IMG/VR virus record: IMGVR_UViG_3300023105_001655
Origin: an uncultured virus (IMG/VR IMGVR_UViG_3300023105_001655)
Lineage: Duplodnaviria; Heunggongvirae; Uroviricota; Caudoviricetes
Strand: one strand, 5' to 3'
DNA: 56,851 nt
Positions 1-8,008 of this stretch are shown piece after piece; within the stretch, counting starts at the first letter, position 1; the number at the start of each line of letters is the position of its first letter. The notes beneath the pieces were generated by a model. The model was not told the origin of the DNA, made no database searches, and saw only the letters and a program-made list of their open reading frames with translations. The position numbers were made by a program, and so were the translations under genes.

Positions 1-630
1 ATTGCTACTGATCTTGCCAAAGAATTCAAAGACCGCAATCGTGTCGAAGTGCTTAACACCATTGTTCTTTCCGATGGCGGTAACACTGATGAGTATGAAA
101 TTTGGGGTGACAATATCAGAGATGATGGCTGGAGAAATCGCAAATCAGTTTTCGCCACTAAACTCATTCTAAAACGTGGCACTACTTCTGTTGTGGTTAA
201 ACAACCCGCCGCAGTTTATCAGTCACGTTACCGTATTGGCAAAGAGATGTCTCTTCTCGCTGGTATTGCCATGTTCAAAAAAGTTACGGGTTCCCGCATG
301 GTAAACTTCTGGATCACCAGTAAAAAACGTGGCGATGTCAAAAATGCTTACAATTGGGTAACCCTCAATCCGTATCAATGGGATACCGCTGAGTTTGATG
401 CCGTATACAAAAGTACTTGGTTGAAAAAAGATTACCTGCCACTTGATAGTGCATGGGGATATGATCAGGCTTTCCTTATCAAAGGTGGTTCTGATCTCAA
501 AATTGATGATGCTGAATTGGAAGTAAAGTCCGAAAAGAAGTCAGATATTCTGCGTGGATTCCGCCAATTTCAGTCCAAAAAGACCAATTCCCGCCACTTT
601 ATCAATCGATTTATTGATATGGTTGCGTAA
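1..630 (+). CDS. vWA-domain / CobT-like protein, C-terminal part (5' truncated by window edge)
   Basis: Frame 1 is open from base 1 (IATDLAKEF...). It contains the vWA-type IVLSDG motif and lies directly upstream of a CobS/MoxR ATPase, the usual pairing in T4-like phages. Confidence 0.65.
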   Translation: MATDLAKEFKDRNRVEVLNTIVLSDGGNTDEYEIWGDNIRDDGWRNRKSVFATKLILKRGTTSVVVKQPAAVYQSRYRIGKEMSLLAGIAMFKKVTGSRMVNFWITSKKRGDVKNAYNWVTLNPYQWDTAEFDAVYKSTWLKKDYLPLDSAWGYDQAFLIKGGSDLKIDDAELEVKSEKKSDILRGFRQFQSKKTNSRHFINRFIDMVA

Positions 631-708
631 GTTGTTGATTTCAAAGGGAAAGAAAATTCAATTATTTTCGCCAAGCCCCTTGACTTCTGCTTCGGGATGT
701 AGTAAGCT
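627..708 (+). promoter_or_regulatory. Early sigma70-type promoter with upstream IHF-consensus box
   Basis: TTGACT 680-685, 17 bp, TAAGCT 703-708. GTAAGTTGTTGATTT 627-641 reads AAATCAACAACTTAC on the - strand (WATCAANNNNTTR). Confidence 0.65.
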
Positions 709-749
709 AGTAGTATGTTGAGTGATTGAGTTAATAGAGAGAGTAAATT

Positions 750-1934
750 ATGAGTATTAAACAGAAAGATCAACTGATGGCCGCCCTTGCTGAGTCTAAC
801 AACCAGACGGGTATTTTCTCAAAATCTGAAGTTATGGATATCGCCCGTGAGGCTGGTCTCAAAAACCCGATGTGGTTTTTCAAAGAGGCCAAGGTTGGCC
901 GCAATCAGTTTAACCCCGAGATGGTTGGCCAAGTTGTGTCAATGCCCAAACCAACCAAACCAGTGGCGGTTATTCAAACCCAACCCGAACCAGTGGCCGC
1001 TGCTGCTTCTAGGGTTCTAACTCAGGCGAAACTTGCTGTGGAAATTGAAAACCTAGTTCCTGCCGCTGACAAAACATATGTTCCTTTTGGTTTCTATCGT
1101 GACCTAGTGAACATTGTCAAGTCTGGTATGTTCTATCCTACATTCATTTGTGGTTTGTCGGGTAACGGTAAAACCATGATGGTTGAACAGGTTTGTGCCA
1201 AACTCAAACGTGAGGCAATCCGTGTCAACATTTCGATTGAGACCGATGAAGATGATCTGATCGGTGGCAATACGTTGGTTGATGGTAACGTAGTTTACCG
1301 TGAAGGCCCTGTGCTGACTGCCATGAAACGTGGCGCTGTCTTGATCCTTGATGAGATTGATCGTGGATCAAACAAGTTGATGTGTCTACAGGCAATCCTT
1401 GAAGGCAAACCCTACTTCAACAAAAAGACTGGCGAAGTTGTTACTCCCGCCTCTGGTTTCAATGTGATCGCTACTGCGAACACCAAGGGCCGTGGTTCTG
1501 ATGACGGTAAGTTCATGGGTGCTCAGGTTCTTGATGAGGCATTCCTCGAACGATTCGCAATCACGGTTGAACAGGAATACCCGTCTTCCGCTCAAGAGAA
1601 AAAAATTGTTCTCAACAAGATGGAAGTCGCTGACTGCGTTGATGATGAATTCGCCGACAAGTTGGTACTGTGGGCTGATGTGATCCGAAAGACTTTCTAT
1701 GAGGGTGGCATTGATGAGTTGGTTTCAACCCGCCGTCTAGAACACATTGTCAAGGCATACGCCATGTTCAAAGATCGCCTCAAGGCAATTCAGTTGTGTG
1801 TCAACCGTTTCGACACTGACACCAAGTCTGCCTTCATCGATCTTTACACCAAGGTTGATGCTGGTGTTGATCTTGATGCCCCTGCTGAAGACCAGAATGA
1901 TGACAACCCAGAGGCAGATAACTATGACTTCTAA
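750..1934 (+). CDS. cobS: CobS/MoxR-family AAA+ ATPase
   Basis: Walker A GLSGNGKT, Walker B LILDEID, TANTKGRG, AFLERF and STRRL motifs typical of T4-like phage CobS. Confidence 0.85.
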   Translation: MSIKQKDQLMAALAESNNQTGIFSKSEVMDIAREAGLKNPMWFFKEAKVGRNQFNPEMVGQVVSMPKPTKPVAVIQTQPEPVAAAASRVLTQAKLAVEIENLVPAADKTYVPFGFYRDLVNIVKSGMFYPTFICGLSGNGKTMMVEQVCAKLKREAIRVNISIETDEDDLIGGNTLVDGNVVYREGPVLTAMKRGAVLILDEIDRGSNKLMCLQAILEGKPYFNKKTGEVVTPASGFNVIATANTKGRGSDDGKFMGAQVLDEAFLERFAITVEQEYPSSAQEKKIVLNKMEVADCVDDEFADKLVLWADVIRKTFYEGGIDELVSTRRLEHIVKAYAMFKDRLKAIQLCVNRFDTDTKSAFIDLYTKVDAGVDLDAPAEDQNDDNPEADNYDF

Positions 1935-2199
1935 GAAAGATTACAAATACAATGAGGGTCAGCTGATCGCTGACCTTCAAGCATATGTTGATAGTACATA
2001 TGATGAACACTATGCTCAGAACAAAGTACAAACCACCGAGTTTGTTATAGATACTGGACATGGCGAAGGATTTTGCCTTGGTAATATTATCAAATATACG
2101 CAAAGGTATGGTAAAAAAGAGGGCAAGAACCGTAAAGACTTGCTAAAAGTACTGCACTATGCGTTAATTGCACTACATGTTCATGACTTAGAACAGTAG
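1924..2199 (+). CDS. DUF3310-like conserved phage protein
   Basis: HY...GFCLGNIIKYxxRYGKK...DLLK..HY signature. ATG at 1924 overlaps the cobS end. Confidence 0.7.
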   Translation: MTSKKDYKYNEGQLIADLQAYVDSTYDEHYAQNKVQTTEFVIDTGHGEGFCLGNIIKYTQRYGKKEGKNRKDLLKVLHYALIALHVHDLEQ

Positions 2200-2206
2200 T
2201 AAAGGT

Positions 2207-2278
2207 TCCGCCTTAGGGCGGATCGGGGACTGGCGGCCTCTCTCACTCTCTCTCAATTCGCCAGTCCCCGATTTTTTT
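2207..2278 (+). terminator. Double hairpin; Rho-independent terminator with a 21-nt CU-rich loop (candidate antisense RNA)
   Basis: TCCGCC-TTAG-GGCGGA 2207-2222, then a 14-bp stem 2222-2235/2259-2272 with loop CCTCTCTCACTCTCTCTCAAT, followed by T7. Confidence 0.85.
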
Positions 2279-2280
2279 GT

Positions 2281-2288
2281 TATAAATA
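2281..2288 (+). promoter_or_regulatory. T4-type late promoter
   Basis: Intergenic TATAAATA (gp55 consensus). Confidence 0.75.
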
Positions 2289-2324
2289 AGAGAGTAAATT
2301 ACCATTTAACTTTTGGAGAGAATA

Positions 2325-2660
2325 ATGGCTTATCGAATTAGAATTACATTTACCCGTCAATCTGAGAGTGTAGAGTGGCCTTTTTGGGCAGCTGACCTCT
2401 TAGGATCAACCTATGAAACCAAGGCGTCTGCATTTCAAGATTGGTTGACTGGTAGAGACGAAGCTGATGTGGTGTTTGATGCAGAACCAGACGGCAATAC
2501 CGTTTATTGTGATATCATGTTTGCTAATGAAGATGCATACGATGATTATACTTCTGCTTGGACATCAGCTGGTCTTGAAGACCAATTCCAAGATCAGGCT
2601 TTCCTAGATTATTGTACGACAAATAACGTCACCATTGCTCATACTACGGAAAATGTATAA
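2325..2660 (+). CDS. Hypothetical protein (paralog of next gene)
   Basis: GGAG SD before ATG 2325. Shares F.DWL and DG.T...F..E..Y.DY motifs with 2653-3021. Confidence 0.7.
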   Translation: MAYRIRITFTRQSESVEWPFWAADLLGSTYETKASAFQDWLTGRDEADVVFDAEPDGNTVYCDIMFANEDAYDDYTSAWTSAGLEDQFQDQAFLDYCTTNNVTIAHTTENV

Positions 2661-3021
2661 ACTTGAGTATGTTTTAAAAAGACCTACACTTAGTACAAAA
2701 TGGTATCAACAATCAGAAGAAAGAACTGTTGAACACAAAAAAGCATCACAGATATTTCATGATTGGTTAAGACAACAAGAAAGAGTTGAGGCCCATAGTA
2801 CGTTTTCATCTGATGGATTGACTTATAAGTGGACAATGGTTTTTGATGATGAAGAACACTACAATGATTATGAAAGGCAGTTTAAAGAATTGATCAGTGA
2901 TGAACCGTTTAACGGAATTCCAATTACCTCTTTCCCATGTCTTCTAGAATATCACAAGAAGCATGGGATTGAGTGTAGTTTGCCAGAAAATGAAATTTTG
3001 GAAAAACCTTTTGAAATTTGA
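2653..3021 (+). CDS. Hypothetical protein (paralog of previous gene)
   Basis: ATG 2653 overlaps the upstream gene end; shared motifs as above. Confidence 0.7.
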   Translation: MYKLEYVLKRPTLSTKWYQQSEERTVEHKKASQIFHDWLRQQERVEAHSTFSSDGLTYKWTMVFDDEEHYNDYERQFKELISDEPFNGIPITSFPCLLEYHKKHGIECSLPENEILEKPFEI

Positions 3022-3023
3022 TC

Positions 3024-3052
3024 TTGACTTTTCCTTTTTTATTTGTTATTAT
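3024..3052 (+). promoter_or_regulatory. Sigma70-type promoter for gp45 operon
   Basis: TTGACT-17 bp-TATTAT with extended -10 TG. Confidence 0.7.
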
Positions 3053-3077
3053 GTAATTTGTTTGATCGGAGTATATT

Positions 3078-3734
3078 ATGATGAAAGTTTCCAAACCAAC
3101 CCTCGACACATTTAAGAACTTTGCCTCTATCAATACGAATCTTTTGGTTCGTGAGGGACAAACTCTTGCTACTGTGTCAAACTCAATGAACATTTTGTGC
3201 CGTGCCACGGTAACAGAAAGTTTCCCCAAAGAATTTGCCATCTATGATTTGAATCAGTTCTTGTCTTTGTTGACTATGGATGAGAATGCTGATCTCCAGT
3301 TTGGAGATGAATCTGTCACGGTACAAACTAATGCTGGCAAGTTTGAATTCTACTATGCTGAACCGTCTGTGATTAAAGCTGCACCAGATCGCTCGATTGA
3401 AGTAGAACCACTCTACACATTTCATATCGCCAAAGAAAATATTCAGACAATTTATCGTGCTGCATCTGCCATCTCTGCTCCATTCTTGCGAGTAGTTGGC
3501 AATGGACAACAGGTATTAATGTCTGTTGGTGATCCAAATACCCCCAAGAGTAATTCTTTTACGACAGTTCTTGGTGATAGTGATTTGGAATTTGATGCTA
3601 GGTTGTCAATTGAATCATTGAAGATCATTCCAGACACATACGATGTGACCATTGGCACAAAACCAGTAATGATGTTTTCCAATAGTGAAAGAACCTATTG
3701 GTTGGCACTTGACCCAAGTTCAAAAACTCAGTAA
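3078..3734 (+). CDS. gp45: Sliding clamp DNA polymerase accessory protein
   Basis: KNFASIN and FAIYDLNQFL motifs, 218 aa, upstream of the clamp loader. Confidence 0.9.
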   Translation: MMKVSKPTLDTFKNFASINTNLLVREGQTLATVSNSMNILCRATVTESFPKEFAIYDLNQFLSLLTMDENADLQFGDESVTVQTNAGKFEFYYAEPSVIKAAPDRSIEVEPLYTFHIAKENIQTIYRAASAISAPFLRVVGNGQQVLMSVGDPNTPKSNSFTTVLGDSDLEFDARLSIESLKIIPDTYDVTIGTKPVMMFSNSERTYWLALDPSSKTQ

Positions 3735-3745
3735 GGTGAATTAAA

Positions 3746-4351
3746 ATGATTGAAGTAGGACAGCGATTTCCAATGGATGTCGTTTTTAAAACACGGGTTC
3801 GTGATGAATCCGTTGGTGGTACTAATCCATATCGATGGCAAGATGTAGTTTCTGGTGATTTGTTTAGGGACAAGAGGGTAATTATCTTTGCATTGCCTGG
3901 GGCATTTACTCCAACTTGTTCTGCTTTCCAGTTGCCTGGATATGAAGAAAACTATGAAGTGTTTAGGTCAAAAGGTATTGACGAAATCTATTGTTTATCT
4001 GTAAATGATTCGTTTGTTATGAACATGTGGTTCCGATATCAACAGATCAATGGAGTTAAACCTATTCCAGATGGTTCTGGTATGTTTACTTCTGAGATAG
4101 GGATGTTGGTTGACAAAGATAATCTTGGATTTGGCCAAAGATCATGGAGATACTCGGTACTTTTGAATGATGGTGTTGTTGAAAAAGCCTTTGTTGAAGA
4201 TGGTTTTGGAGACAACGTTGAAAATGATCCGTATGAAGTTTCTGATCCAGCTACGATGTTTGAATACATTATGAACGAGAGTCCAGTTGGCGGCAGTCAA
4301 TTAGAACTCAATCTGGAAGAGTCTCTTGGTACAAAGGATAAAATTGGATAA
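3746..4351 (+). CDS. Peroxiredoxin (Prx5/type II)
   Basis: PGAFTPTCS active site, SVNDSFVM and RSWRYS motifs. Confidence 0.9.
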   Translation: MIEVGQRFPMDVVFKTRVRDESVGGTNPYRWQDVVSGDLFRDKRVIIFALPGAFTPTCSAFQLPGYEENYEVFRSKGIDEIYCLSVNDSFVMNMWFRYQQINGVKPIPDGSGMFTSEIGMLVDKDNLGFGQRSWRYSVLLNDGVVEKAFVEDGFGDNVENDPYEVSDPATMFEYIMNESPVGGSQLELNLEESLGTKDKIG

Positions 4352-4359
4352 GGAGTATT

Positions 4360-4521
4360 ATGGCTTCTGCATGGAGAAGTAAGAACGCTCGTGGTCGGCG
4401 TATGGTGGCACTTGAAAACCTCAAGAGTGCCAAGTTTTTCCCCAAAGGTGATCGCACCGAAGAGAAGTGGGAAGAGAAACGACAACAACAGATTGAGGTT
4501 CTTGAAAAAAGGATACGGTGA
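4360..4521 (+). CDS. Small basic hypothetical protein (53 aa)
   Basis: AAGGAG SD, ATG 4360, MASAWRSKNARGRR...; stop overlaps the gp44 start. Below the ORF track cut-off. Confidence 0.6.
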   Translation: MASAWRSKNARGRRMVALENLKSAKFFPKGDRTEEKWEEKRQQQIEVLEKRIR

Positions 4522-5450
4522 TGAATGAATTTCTCTGGGTGGAGAAGTACAGACCCCAAACTATTTCGGAGTGTGTTCTCCCAAATAGACTGAAGGATGT
4601 ATTTCAATCTTTTGTTGACCAGAAAGAAATTCCTAACATGTTGCTCTGTGGTACTGCCGGTACAGGCAAGACCACAGTGGCACGTGCTCTTTGTAATGAA
4701 TTAGAATGTGACTACATCATTATCAATGGATCGGATGAGTCCGGCATTGATGTTCTCAGAACAAAGATTAGGGACTTTGCAAGTACGGTCAGTTTCGGCG
4801 GTAAGACCAAGGTAGTTATCCTTGACGAGGCGGACTATCTAAACCCCAACTCTACGCAACCAGCGTTGCGTGCCTTTATCGAAGAGTTCTCCAAGAACTG
4901 TCGATTTATTTTTACATGTAACTTCAAGAATCGAATCATCGAACCGCTTCATAGTCGGACAACGGTGGTAGAATTCAAACTCAAGAAAGAAGAGAAACCT
5001 CAGATGGCATCTGCCTTCATGAATCGTATCTCTGACATCCTTGATCAAGAAAGTATTCAGTATTCAGAAAAAGTTCTTGCTGAACTTCTGATGAAATATT
5101 TCCCAGACTATCGTAGGACGCTAAACGAACTACAACGGTACTCAAAGTCTGGTGCAATTGATGAAGGTATTCTGAGTAACATTGCTGAAGTCAACATGAA
5201 GGGATTGTGTGATAGTCTCAAGGACAAAGACTTCAAGAAGATGCGCCAGTGGGTTGCTAACAATGTAGACACCGACCCACAAGGGTTGTATCGTAAAATC
5301 TATGATACTCTGATGGACAAAGTGGTACAGGTTCCTCACTTGGTGTTGTTGATTGCTGACTACCAGTACAAGTCGGCATTTGTTGCTGACCAAGAAATTA
5401 ATCTTACAGCATGTCTTGTTGATATTATGGCCAACGTGGATATGAAATGA
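4521..5450 (+). CDS. gp44: Clamp loader large subunit (AAA+)
   Basis: LWVEKYRP, GTAGTGKT, ILDEAD and PLHSR motifs. Confidence 0.95.
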   Translation: MNEFLWVEKYRPQTISECVLPNRLKDVFQSFVDQKEIPNMLLCGTAGTGKTTVARALCNELECDYIIINGSDESGIDVLRTKIRDFASTVSFGGKTKVVILDEADYLNPNSTQPALRAFIEEFSKNCRFIFTCNFKNRIIEPLHSRTTVVEFKLKKEEKPQMASAFMNRISDILDQESIQYSEKVLAELLMKYFPDYRRTLNELQRYSKSGAIDEGILSNIAEVNMKGLCDSLKDKDFKKMRQWVANNVDTDPQGLYRKIYDTLMDKVVQVPHLVLLIADYQYKSAFVADQEINLTACLVDIMANVDMK

Positions 5451-6244
5451 GATTTGCAAAATACGATTTAACAAAAGCAACCGAATCAGTAGCACATGCA
5501 ATTGCAGAAGAAGTTCTTGATCACGGTGTGATTGTCTTTCGTAATCAGAATCTAACCCCAGATGATGAGGTTAGGTTTTGCCAAATGATTGGTGAGTGTC
5601 AGCAGTTGCAGAACAAGCCAGGCGAACGTGGTGAGCATATTGCAGTCAATGATCATATCATTCGGGTCACTGGTGAGAAGAATCAACACGGCGAGCCTGG
5701 GTTGTTTGGTCACACCTCTGCTCTTGACTGGCATGCCAATCAGGCAAGCAGTTATGATCGTGCTCCACTTATTTGGTTGCATGGTGTCAAGGATACTGTT
5801 GGTAGTTGTACCAGTTGGATTGACATGCGACAGGCATATGAAGACCTTTCCGACAAAGATAAAAAAAGAATCAACAAACTTCATATTACCTTGGGATATA
5901 AAACTGGTTCGTATTCTGAAAGTGATTTTTTTATTGAACATCATGCTACAGATAAACCATTCCCATTAGTCTATACCAATGAAGCAGGAAAAACTGGACT
6001 TTACTTTCCTTTCCTACAGATATTTGGTATAGTAGAATATGAACAACCTCAGTTTGAAGAAACTATGGATTGGTTGAAGGAACATGTATTGCAAGATAAG
6101 TATAGGTACGATCATCACTGGCAAGATGGTGATGTTGTTATTAGTGAACAGTGGTTGACTATTCACAAGAGGTGGGAGTGCGACAACATGGAGAATAGAG
6201 TGTTGCATCGCATCGCATTTGATTATTCCAAGGTGAAGTTATGA
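5447..6244 (+). CDS. TauD/TfdA-family 2OG-Fe(II) dioxygenase-like protein
   Basis: HGVIVFRNQ.L, WHAN, W.DMRQAYE.L and H.WQDGDVVI...H.R motifs of the TauD fold. Confidence 0.8.
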   Translation: MRFAKYDLTKATESVAHAIAEEVLDHGVIVFRNQNLTPDDEVRFCQMIGECQQLQNKPGERGEHIAVNDHIIRVTGEKNQHGEPGLFGHTSALDWHANQASSYDRAPLIWLHGVKDTVGSCTSWIDMRQAYEDLSDKDKKRINKLHITLGYKTGSYSESDFFIEHHATDKPFPLVYTNEAGKTGLYFPFLQIFGIVEYEQPQFEETMDWLKEHVLQDKYRYDHHWQDGDVVISEQWLTIHKRWECDNMENRVLHRIAFDYSKVKL

Positions 6245-6390
6245 GTAAAAAGTTGGCGATACAAAGAATAAAAAATTGTCTGGAAGCTAGTAAACGTACC
6301 ATTGATCCACAGTGGCGTGCTTACTGGATAGACACTGCAAAGAAACTATCAGTCAAATACAAAGTGAGTGTTGTAGATAAAAATGCTTGA
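6241..6390 (+). CDS. Small hypothetical protein (49 aa)
   Basis: ATGA overlap with the TauD stop; MSKKLAIQRIKNCLEAS...; fills the gap to gp62. Confidence 0.5.
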   Translation: MSKKLAIQRIKNCLEASKRTIDPQWRAYWIDTAKKLSVKYKVSVVDKNA

Positions 6391-6829
6391 AGATTTAGGA
6401 ACACCCAAACCAACTTACAATCCAGAGGACTATCAGACAAAGAAGAAGTCTATTAGTCCATTTGATTTTACAAACAGCATTACTTATACCAAAGAGAATC
6501 TGATTGTAGATGATTGGTCAGAGAAACAGTATAATCCATTTTTGGTAAACAAGTCTCTGTCTCATGGTAATGATACTGTACATGTGGCAAATGAAATGAA
6601 TTCTAGACCACACATAGATAAGAAGATGCAGTACGATTTCCTGATCGGTATAGTTCGTAAGAAAAAACGATTTAACAAGTGGATCAAACCCGAGCGGGAA
6701 AGTAATGTTGAGATCGTGAAAGAATATTTTGGGTACACTGATACCAAGGCGATTGAGGCTCTGAGAATATTATCCGATGATGACCTCCAGTCTATTATTA
6801 AACTATTAAATAAGGGTGGGAAAAATTAG
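6383..6829 (+). CDS. gp62: Clamp loader small subunit
   Basis: YNPFLVNKSLS, ANEMN, QYDFL, RKKKRF.KW and EYFGY...KA motifs. Confidence 0.9.
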   Translation: MLEDLGTPKPTYNPEDYQTKKKSISPFDFTNSITYTKENLIVDDWSEKQYNPFLVNKSLSHGNDTVHVANEMNSRPHIDKKMQYDFLIGIVRKKKRFNKWIKPERESNVEIVKEYFGYTDTKAIEALRILSDDDLQSIIKLLNKGGKN

Positions 6830-6834
6830 CATTT

Positions 6835-6874
6835 TATAAATAATCTTCATAAACAATAATAATAATTATGAAGG
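6835..6874 (+). promoter_or_regulatory. Late promoter plus leader hairpin before regA
   Basis: TATAAATA 6835-6842; stem CTTCATAA 6845-6852 / TTATGAAG 6866-6873. Confidence 0.6.
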
Positions 6875-6884
6875 TAACTTTAAA

Positions 6885-7301
6885 ATGAGTGAAGATTTTT
6901 TTGCTATTAATTTTCCAGATTATACTCCAGTGGAAATAAAATTAAAAAATGATGATGACTTTTTGAAAGTGAGAGAAACCCTATCTAGAATAGGTGTTGC
7001 ATCCAAAAAAGAAAAAGTCTTATATCAATCTTGTCATATCTTGCACAAGCAGGGTAGGTATTTTATCACCCATTTCAAAGAGCTCTTTGCTCTTGATGGT
7101 AAGTCTGCTGAACTCAGTGACAATGATTTGATGAGAAGAAACTCGATTGCCAAACTGTTGAGTGATTGGGGTCTGATTGAACTTTGCAGTCCTATTGCAG
7201 AGGAAAAATTAGCACCAATGAGTCAGATCAAGATTCTGCCTTACAAGGAGAAAAACGATTGGACTCTGGTCACTAAATACAATATTGGTAGGAAAAAATA
7301 A
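6885..7301 (+). CDS. regA: Translational repressor RegA
   Basis: DDFLKVRETLSRIG, LYQSCHILHKQGRYFI.HFKELF. Confidence 0.95.
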   Translation: MSEDFFAINFPDYTPVEIKLKNDDDFLKVRETLSRIGVASKKEKVLYQSCHILHKQGRYFITHFKELFALDGKSAELSDNDLMRRNSIAKLLSDWGLIELCSPIAEEKLAPMSQIKILPYKEKNDWTLVTKYNIGRKK

Positions 7302-7333
7302 TTATATAAGGCAAGAAGTCTTATATATATTAT

Positions 7334-7384
7334 CGTATCGCCGTAAGGGATACGCAATTTAAACTCGCTGAAAAGGAGACTATT
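7334..7384 (+). promoter_or_regulatory. ROSE-like RNA thermometer candidate in hsp20 5' UTR
   Basis: Two hairpins. The second, CTC-G-CT-GAAA-AG-GAG (7364-7378), pairs a UCGCU motif with the SD and leaves a bulged G. Confidence 0.55.
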
Positions 7385-7864
7385 ATGGTCACACGCAAAT
7401 TTGGTGTCGCCGACATCGACAAAATTATGGATCAGTATCGCCCATTCACTATTGGTTTTGACTCGGTATTTGATAACCTTGTAACCTGTAGTGAAGTTGC
7501 CAACAATTATCCCCCCTACAATATCGTTCGGGTAGATGATGAAAATTTCATCATAGAAATTGCCGGCGCTGGTTTTACTGAAGATGAATTCAATATCCAC
7601 GTTGTCCCCACCGGCAACAAACTCATTGTTCAAGGTGTTCAAGATCGTGGAGAAGACAAGAGAGAATATCTCCACAAAGGAATTGGCGCAAGAAACTTCA
7701 CTCGCACTTTCGCACTAGCGGAAGATGTAGAAGTACTTGGTGCTGACTTTGTAGATGGTATGTTGAATATCACTCTACAAAAAATTATTCCCGAAGAGAA
7801 AAAGGCTCGTGAAATCCTAGTAAACAAAAAGTCTAACCCAAAATTTCTCAAAGAGGAAAAATGA
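7385..7864 (+). CDS. hsp20: Small heat shock protein Hsp20 (IbpA-like)
   Basis: NYPPYNI, YLHKGIGARNFTRTF.LA and DGML.I.L motifs. Confidence 0.95.
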   Translation: MVTRKFGVADIDKIMDQYRPFTIGFDSVFDNLVTCSEVANNYPPYNIVRVDDENFIIEIAGAGFTEDEFNIHVVPTGNKLIVQGVQDRGEDKREYLHKGIGARNFTRTFALAEDVEVLGADFVDGMLNITLQKIIPEEKKAREILVNKKSNPKFLKEEK

Positions 7865-7992
7865 AAACTTTAATCCAAATGGCCAAGGATTGTGATGGAC
7901 GATTCTGTGAACAGGTAACCGAAACAGTATTTGTTTTGGGAACTCTAGCAGTAATGATTTATTCAGTTGTTGGTCTACAAACTGTAGCTTAA
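7861..7992 (+). CDS. Small membrane protein (43 aa)
   Basis: GAGG SD, ATGA overlap with hsp20, hydrophobic C-terminal half (VFVLGTLAVMIYSVVGL). Confidence 0.5.
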   Translation: MKTLIQMAKDCDGRFCEQVTETVFVLGTLAVMIYSVVGLQTVA

Positions 7993-8008
7993 TGGAGACT
8001 ATATTGTT

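Noticed and set aside
1747..1923. Long N-terminal extension of the DUF3310-like ORF
   Set aside because: It overlaps cobS out of frame; the recognisable domain begins at ATG 1924.
750..1934. cobS as evidence of cobalamin biosynthesis
   Set aside because: No cobN or other cob genes are present; the motifs only show a MoxR-type ATPase.
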